A DNA stretch of 61,340 nt, counting the filler, from Dirinaria sp. TL-2023a (Eukaryota), in the NCBI GenBank assembly GCA_051941275.1. It is 4 parts of 4 records of this genome, joined end to end, with 100 filler letters (N's around TTAATTAATTAA, not from the genome) between each part and the next. Parts side by side here need not be neighbours in the genome. Positions count along the whole stretch, not along the records: positions 46,145 to 61,340 come from JAVEBF010000558.1; 3 more parts are not named here. One strand, 5' to 3'. The notes below the pieces were generated by a model. The model saw nothing but the letters and a program-made list of their open reading frames with translations. It was not told where the DNA came from and did no database searches. Both the position numbers and the translations under genes were made by a program. Below are positions 53,452 to 61,340 of this stretch, in pieces (positions within the stretch are counted from its first letter, which is position 1; every line of letters starts with the position of its first letter).

Positions 53452-55701
53452 CTACAGGGACTGCTTGCCTCTTGTCTCGATAGGAAACAAGCACATGGCC
53501 ACGAAAGCGGCGAGTATCAGTCCTCCGGATGCGTAGATTGGAGCATTGGGATTCACGTTGCCAGCACCGACCGCGACAATCGGGGCACACAGCCCACAGA
53601 TGCGATTAAGGCATGAGGCGATGCCTGTACCTGTGCCTCTGTTCGGGGCTGGGAAAACTTCAGGTGTGCTGGAGAGGTCGTCAGCGGCTCTTCACCGACT
53701 TTAACTCAGGAATGCTTACTATGCGTAGAGAACTCCGTACATGATATTTTGGAAGAATGCTTCTAAGCTACTCATTGCAAGTTGATAATTGGGGCGAGGA
53801 TTCACGGTGAAAAGGAATACCCAAATCCCTGTCAGCAGCGTCGCAACCGCTATGGTGTACTTTCGTCCGATGTATTTGATGTCCACTGTGTAAGCTCCGA
53901 TGATAGAACCAGGGACCCCTATAATTGAGGTGATTGCATAGTTCCGGTAGTACACACTTACGGGCGTCGGTGGGTTGTCGGGGCCTGCGTTTGCGAGATA
54001 TTGGGGCAAGAACGCATTGTAGAGAGGATACCCCATGCCAATGGTAGCCCAGCAAAACCAGATTAAAGCCGCTGCAGATATCGAATCAGTCTATCTCACT
54101 GTACGGGATCCAGGTCGCTATGCATCTAGCGATAGTCCAGGATAAAAGAATAAAGAGTAAGAGAGACCGACTTACTCATCACGCCCAGTTTTCGAGTCGC
54201 AAAAAGAGGACCAATCCTCTCCTTTGAGAATTTGCCGAAGAATCGCTTGACCACTTCGCCTCTGGAAAGCTTTTCATTTGATCCCCCTTCGGGCACTCCA
54301 CCAATTTCGTTCAGCACCTCCTCTGTAAGCCAGGTCTTCCGCTTATTGGAGTACGCGATGCCATGAACGGTAGCCACAGCTTCTGATTGGCGGCCACGAG
54401 ACAGTAGAAACTTAGGTGACTCGTAAAGATGAAAGAAGAAAAATCGGCACACGAACATCATGAAGGTAATCGCTCCCAAGACAATGTTAAAGTAACGCCA
54501 TCCCATACTTTGAGACTTGTGACAACATGGCTCCCCAGGAGCGGAAACGTTGCAAGAGAGCAGATCAGAGTCGCACGAGTATTTCGGGATCAGGCCCCAT
54601 GCCACTGCGATCGGGTTAATACAAAGTAACGATTGCTTTGAACCGTAAGTAGTGTACTAACCGACTGATCCGATCAGCTGACCCACAGGCCACCAGATAG
54701 AAAGCAGCGTGAGCAGATTCCCCGATTCGAAGGGAATGAATTCGAGAAATAAAGCTCCATCGACGGGCAGATTACCGCCGACCCCAAGTCCGAGGCAAGA
54801 GTAGAGGGCACAAGTGCCGATCCAGCTATTCCCACCGCCAACGGCGAGTCCGAAGATACCAGCAATTAACAATGTCATATTGAAGGCAAGGCGGCGGCCA
54901 ATGACATCGGAAGCAATACCCCAAAAAGAAGCGCCGATGCACAGTCCAATGAACGTTGCGCACGTCGTGTAGCGGACTTCAGTAGATGTTGGCCCAAATT
55001 CCGAAGTCAGTTGCGGTAGAGTCAATGCAACACCCTGGGATGATTAGCACACTTTTTGGGTCATGCTTGGCGTATGAATACTTGGAGCCACATGTTGTCC
55101 GCTAGCCATCCAAACCCGCAGAGACAGAAAAGCTTCCATTGATAAGGGCCCATCCCAATGTCCTTAAAGCTGTCAGTATGGCAAGTCGTGAGCTTCCGCA
55201 CAGGAATCAAAAGCGTACTTGGATGGCCTTATTGATTACTTTAGATTTGCCTGCATCATGTCAGATTCACTTCGAGTCTTGAGAACAATCTGTGTGAACG
55301 GTTTGCGCTTTGGCGTTCGCAGGCTTTCATAGTTCTAGCATGGATGAGGGCTAACGCAGGGAAGTTTTGTATCACGTACGGTCATATGCACTATCATGTC
55401 CAGATGCAGCGACGTCTGATAGATCAGCCTCAGGATCTCACCGAAACTTCGGGTTGATGCTCAGCATACCATTTTCGATCTCCGCACGAAGTCCTTCGAG
55501 AGTTGTTGCGCCGTAATTGACTCCAGACTTCTTGCCTGCTTCAACTTCCTTGGAATCTGATGGTAACAGGTCATTCGTGCCAACTTTCTCATCCTGGGCT
55601 GTGACAACAGATGGGTGGCGTTGGGCCTGTTCAAGCGGCACATATACATCGGGGAAGTCGCTCACGTCATGTTTCATAAACGGATTAAAGAAGACGGGCA
55701 T
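53452..55701 (-). CDS. MFS transporter (SV2/SVOP-like), about 8 exons
   Basis: IGMGPYQWKLFCLCGFGWLADNMWLQ, SDVIGRRLAFN, GVGGNLPVDG, GWRY, ESPKFL, PEVFPAPNRGTG and terminal ETRGKQSL, split by GT-AG introns. Confidence 0.9.
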
Positions 55702-56565
55702 TGTAACGATATGAAGCCTCAAAAAGGACGACGGGGCAGCGCTTGCCGTATGGGTCTGAGGATGACTATTGCTGGGAGACCACAATTCAGAGAAGGCGGT
55801 TCACGCTTCACTCTGAAGATTGGTTCGTGTTGCGATCTAGTGTTGTTCGGGCAACTGAGTCACTGAAAATCACTCGCGCAAGCATTGACGCATATGTCCT
55901 ATCAACAAATATGTGATTGTACGATTAAAACAGGACTTGATGTGGTAGTGAAGACCAAACCATCAGCCTGGATGGATGTGGTAAACTCAACGTCCTCGTC
56001 GCAAATAGAGAGACTGGAGTACAAGGCGCAAAGGAATGCTGATAGCGGAAAATTGTTCACGACAGAATCTGACGAAGAAACTGAAAGGAAAAGTGGGGGG
56101 ATCTGTAAGTAATATGAGAATCCCAAAGTCATGGCACAGGCAAAGAGGCAATAATCGTCGACGAGTTTGGAATAATAATATCCAATGACTCCGATCCCTG
56201 CGCAAGGGAGCAATCTTCAATGGCGGGTTGGTGGATTCCCTCGCTCTCCACTAAACCGTACCTGATTCTTGGCTGACTACTGCCGTATCCCGTGCCGTGG
56301 GGTTGAGCTTCCGCTTACGTATTGAGCCATGTTTTGAGCCATGTTGGTTCTAGTTGTCCTCCAAAGCATTATTGTGTATGCCGTTTCGATGCCATGAAGA
56401 CATAAGTGTCGCTTGTATGTTGTTGGGGAACTGAGAGATAGTACATTATATTCACGGCAACGATAGTATGTTGAAGGAGTGGCGTCAAAAGAGCGTTGCG
56501 CGCTGCGATTAAATTTTGCAGCACAATAATCCTTCAACCATCGGCTAAAAGTACTCCGTACTTCG

Positions 56566-56616
56566 CTTGGCCTCTCTCTTGGCCTCTCTCTTGGCCTCTC
56601 TTGGCGGCTCTTGGCC
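56566..56616 (+). repeat. Short tandem repeat (CTTGGCCTCT[CT]) x ~5
   Basis: cttggcctctct cttggcctctct cttggcctct cttggcggct cttggcc. Confidence 0.8.
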
Positions 56617-58874
56617 CCCGAAGTCAAGACATGGATCAAGGCCAACGGACTCGGACCTCGGGAGTAAGCCATTTCCCCCGATCTAGCATCTAAGGGTAGT
56701 ACGGAATAGTACCAGTAGTACCACATTTTAGAAGAGCAGTAAAGGTGCCTTACCAGTTGGAAGAAAGTAGAGGCTCGGAACATAAATAAGGTATGGATTG
56801 CGCTCATTTGCAGCTGCAGGACCCTAAATCACACAAGAGAACCGAGGAAATTCTACGCGCTCGATAGTCGATACTACCACCGTCCATATTTGTCTGGTTT
56901 TAAGCTTCATCCAGTTTCTACATGTTCGACTGATATCTGTAATCTCCCATGACCTGTATCGAAGAGCTACGGGAGCTCTACAAGGCACAGTCCCAACATC
57001 ACAGGTCAATACGAAATTTTTATTGGTCGGAATATGAAATCCTTCAATGGCCGCATTGAACGGCACATTCTTCCCTCTGCAAGTTTGGCTCCTTACTCAA
57101 TGTGATCCTCCATGGATGCAGAAAGCGTCATCCAAACTCTCAATTTTAAGACGTAGAATGCTAGACGCTGCTGCACCCTGACTCGAGTCTCGTCTGTCAA
57201 TGCAAGTCGCGCCAAATGCTCTGGCATTCGCCGCATCTCCATATAGTCATCAAACCCGTCACCAGTGCATAGCGCTAGCAGTGTAAACGCCGTTGACAAA
57301 TTTACATACCTTCAGTAGCATCCGAAGGATCAGTACAGCATCAAAGATCCAAGCTACAAAGAAATCAAAGATGCAGTATCGCATCAGACTATACGAGAGG
57401 CTTTCGGTCGAAAGCCGGCCTCCGATCCTGAGATCACGAAACCTCAAGCGCTGAAACAGCCTCAGGGAGAACTCCATCTCAATACTTTCGGGAAATACCT
57501 CTTCACTCAATGACTAGTGCTGATGTTCCATTCGAAAATTTGCTTCACGAAGATTTCTTGATTCTAGCTTAAAAGGTCTACTTTCTATCAACGACAACAT
57601 CATACATACGTTCAAGAGCTCTGAAATATTGTCGCGAAGGTCAACAAAGTGTCGAAACGAATGTATTTGGAGAGTAATGGAGGCTTTTCCAAACCGGAAT
57701 GCTAATCTGATAGTAGAACGGCAGAAGTAGAGGAGGCTTGGAAGAAACAAAAAATCTCCATGCCTTAGACACGGCGGTGCAAGAGTGGGTACCCGTACGG
57801 TTTATGACCGCTTCAAAGTCTTACTTAAAGGGGCCAGAATTGGCAGTGCAATATCTCAGAGTACGAGATTTTTACCTACCGCGCTTCTGTTCCAGTACGA
57901 GGGCTGGCCATCAATTCGGTGTCAGATATTGTAAGATACATGGCAGGCATTGCATTGAAGGGGGCACTTCTAGCGAGCCTGGGGAGTCAGAGTTGAAAAC
58001 ACATGAGACACAACTACCTCACGCACAGTCATATTGTAGATATCGCTGGGTCTTCTGCAAGGGAGCTAGCTATTGATTGAATTCCCAATAGCATAAAATG
58101 CATTTAGTCCTGCAAGGTCTACCATAACAGCCCGTCTGCCATTTCGGGCGCTACAGTTTATGGAGGCTAAGACCATATGGAAGATCCTAAGGTTGGAGGT
58201 GCGATGTGTAAGTCGCCCAGGTGAATACAAGTAGGCCTTAACAAGCACAGGGCATACTAAGCTGATGATCTTTGGTGGTCTCTCGGGCGACCTTCAGTTG
58301 GCCGCATAAGGGGCGCATATCGCGTTAGCCAGGGCTTTCATAGGGTATTCCCATACCCCCTGTCCGTACATCTGTGAGCACAAACCCCACAATCGAGGCT
58401 TTCATAAATCGATGCATGGCTCTGTCCTAATGCGGAGCCACCCTTCGAATGTTTCAAAGCCTGTCGCAAGCGGAAGTTACGGATCACTTGTCTTCAAATC
58501 CAACTGAGGGTTTTGCATGATTAAGCCTCATGTGAGCCTTTCAGAGGCTGGTTTGTAGCAGGCTCGACTAGCGTCTATTCGCCTAGCGCTAAAGGAGGCT
58601 TCAAGTGGTGGGGAAAAGTGGCAGTGGCGATAATGACAACCTCCCGGAAACCGGGCTCGTCGTGCAACGGTAGACCGATCTTTCACCGCTTGCGCAATTA
58701 CTCCTATTACTCCTACCTCATTTAAATTTGGGCAAGGTACGATATTCGCATTCGCATCGGGACATTCTACGACCAAGTCAAGCATTCCTCCAGAAGTCTA
58801 CTCCAGAGCAAATCACTTCCCCAAGCATAGGATTACGTTAGCGCCACCATTACTACCCACAGCGCTTTGGCGTC

Positions 58875-59796
58875 ATGAAATTCCATACTTCAGCCCTTTT
58901 CCTGCTGCTCTGCGGGCCAATTGTATCATCACTCAGCATTAACAGTGGCAAATATGCACTACCAAGACGAGAAGCGGAAGCGGAGACTGAGATGATTAAC
59001 ACGCCTCTCATTGAGCGTTTCGATGAAGCACTCTTGAGTTATCTTCAGAAGAGAAGAGGCGGAGGCGGCGGTGGAGGGGGAGGAGGTAGAGGCAGCTCGG
59101 GTGGTTCCTCATCGTCCTCATCAGGATCGTCTGGATCAAGCTCGTCAGGCAGTCGCTCGGGGTCCTCGGGCAGCGGCTCAGGCTCGCGGAACACAGGGAC
59201 AGCAAGGTAATTCTGAGCAGAACGAGAGTCGAGAGCAGAGCTAAGAGTTCCGTAGTTCATCATCTTCCATCAGGCCCGCGTACGGTGGTGGCAAATACTA
59301 TGGTGGCGGTGCGACGTCAGCGTATAAATCGGGAACCAGATCGCCTCTCGGTCTGGCTCCGTACGCATTGGTTGGTGCAGGAGCAGGTTTGGTATTCCCT
59401 GGCTTGTGGTTATATGGTGCCTATGCCTACAATTTCGACCACCCGTACCATTATCACAATGCCAGTAATACCACGGATCCTCGGAATAACGAGACGCTTC
59501 CGGTCACATGCCTGTGTGACAAGTACAGCGCATGCGGCTGTGACGACAATGGCAATACAACTTACGTCGACTCACTGTTGGGCAATGGAAGTTCCTCGGA
59601 TCAGAACTCTACCCTTGTTCACGTAGGCAACGTCAATGGGACAAAAACGGTCGTCATCAATGGGACTCTTCCAAATGGTACCGATACCAGCAGCAGCTCT
59701 GCGACTCCAAGTAGCGGAGCACTGAGACAGAGCGTGTTCGAAGCATGCGGCTTTTGGGTTGTGGGGCTAGTCGTTGCAGCAACAGTGTTGACGTAG
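58875..59796 (+). CDS. Secreted Gly/Ser-rich, probably GPI-anchored conserved fungal protein; exons 58875-59206, 59256-59796
   Basis: Signal peptide MKFHTSALFLLLCGPIVSS; Kex2-like KRR before poly-Gly; YGGGKYYGGGA; PVTCLCDKYSACGCDDN; many N-glycosylation sequons; Ser-rich omega region and hydrophobic tail. Confidence 0.88.
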
Positions 59797-61340
59797 CGTT
59801 TTATGTTTATGCGACCATTCATCGACCACTCTTCTGTATCATACCTCGCCAACCCGGGAGAAGGATTGCGAAAGGCGTTTGGGACCGTAGATCCCAGTTC
59901 GGAGGGGTTTTGGCTCCCACTCAGGGGTTATAAGTTGACTATGATATCCACATGTCGCGAGGGGTACGTCACTTGAGTAGAACGATGCTTTTCAGGAGCG
60001 GTTTTGCTTATTCCGAATACCTTCCCTAAATCCAGACTCGGTCCCAAGTAAAAAGTATCGTTGCCCATGCGTTATTGTCATTGAAAATTGTTTAATTCCA
60101 TTTTCCATGACGTGATTAATGCTCTAAATTTAGGTTGGTGCTCGTCATTATTGATGAGTCCAATTTGCCTTGGAATGGAAAGTCCGAGTAGTGAGGTACG
60201 AGTACGTACTCGCACCCTTCTGTGGACCCAAGCAGCCTCAAACAGCCTTAATCATAATATTAATGCCCACAACGACCGATGGAGAACCAAGACAGGAGCT
60301 CTATAGAAAAATATTTTCTCATTTAACGATGCGAAACAACAGCGGATAAATATGATAATAAATGGGGATTAGACAGTACGGCTAAATATTAATGTCCTCC
60401 CAGGCAGAGAGATGTAAGATTTTCGTAGCCTGCCCCGGGCGTCGTCACTATGCGACATTCAGGATGGCTGCAATCAGAGTTTCAAAACAACGTACTACCT
60501 TACGGTCCCCCTCGCTTGATCCCTGCTGCAGCACTCCTGCAGACTGGAAGATTTGATGAGGCCAGGAAAAAGCTGTTTCCGATGTGGCCCGCTTCGGAGC
60601 TAGCTGCGCCAAGCCTAGGAGATTGCGCTACCTGTTGGTTTCTTTTTCGTGACTGAAGCTCCCTCGGAAAAGTGCCCGCAAAACATCGAGCGATTTTTTT
60701 CTTTTCGAGTATAGAACTTCCATACACGAGCAAAGATCTGAAAGACCCATCCGCAATGGTGGATTTCGTTCATCCCGGTAACCCTACGAGTAGAGCGCCA
60801 CCCTAGTGGATTGGGAGAGATCGTGGATAATACGAGCCAACGAGGTTATTGACTGATAAATCCAGCTGGGAGCTGCTAAGCGGATCCAGAACTCAATGCA
60901 CGCCATACCGCATGGGGTGATGATGGGCTAGGATGTTCTTGGGAAGCGTGAGCTCCTATGCCCAACTCCGCAACTCTGCCATGTCTCTCTTCAAGCCTCC
61001 CCCCCCTTCAGCCCGCGGGTTGCCGATGCAACCTCCTCCATGGCCGACCAGGGATTGCGAATCATGCGATGCGCATGGCTGGCCAAAGGCAGGAGAGATC
61101 GTCGGGTGCATGACAACTCCTGTCTGCGCTGTTCGCCATGTTCCAAAATGCACCATCGAGGGGGGTGGGAAATAATGGGGTTCTCTGGCCTCTCGAACCG
61201 ATCGAAAATCAGGGGGGCAGGGAGGCTAAAATAGGATATCTTTGTGGTGGTCGAAGGACTCTGATCCCTCGGCTTATTTTCGAATGGCAGGGCAGGGCAG
61301 GGCAGGATTTGGACGAAAGGAGCTGGATGGTCTGTGACGC

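Overview
Fungal (Pezizomycotina-type ascomycete) genomic DNA with spliceosomal introns, so the supplied ORF track (no splicing, alternative starts) misplaces many starts and misses one gene. The window is not one locus. It is four contigs (1-15303, 15404-30692, 30793-46044, 46145-61340, in decreasing length) joined by identical 100-nt N44-TTAATTAATTAA-N44 spacers. Contig 1: a ~1139-aa conserved hypothetical gene running off the left end, an MFS sugar porter, a CCDC174/DUF4078 protein, homoserine dehydrogenase, and a large orphan TM/coiled-coil/tandem-repeat protein. Contig 2 looks accessory and decaying: a frameshifted D-amino-acid-oxidase-like gene, an F-box-like gene, two tandem Zn2Cys6 factors (one a pseudogene), a metallophosphoesterase and a truncated FAD-linked oxidase. 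Contig 3: kinesin-1, bleomycin hydrolase, a single-TM protein, an orphan 687-aa protein with a USP/coronavirus-PLpro-like Cys-His-Asp signature (best novelty candidate) and an adjacent F-box gene. Contig 4: a 710-bp non-autonomous element with 93-bp TIRs, class I CPD photolyase, an F-box protein, a zeta-crystallin-like quinone reductase, an MFS transporter and a secreted Gly-rich GPI-type protein. No tRNA, rRNA or CRISPR was seen. All family calls come from motif recognition by eye; no database searches were run.
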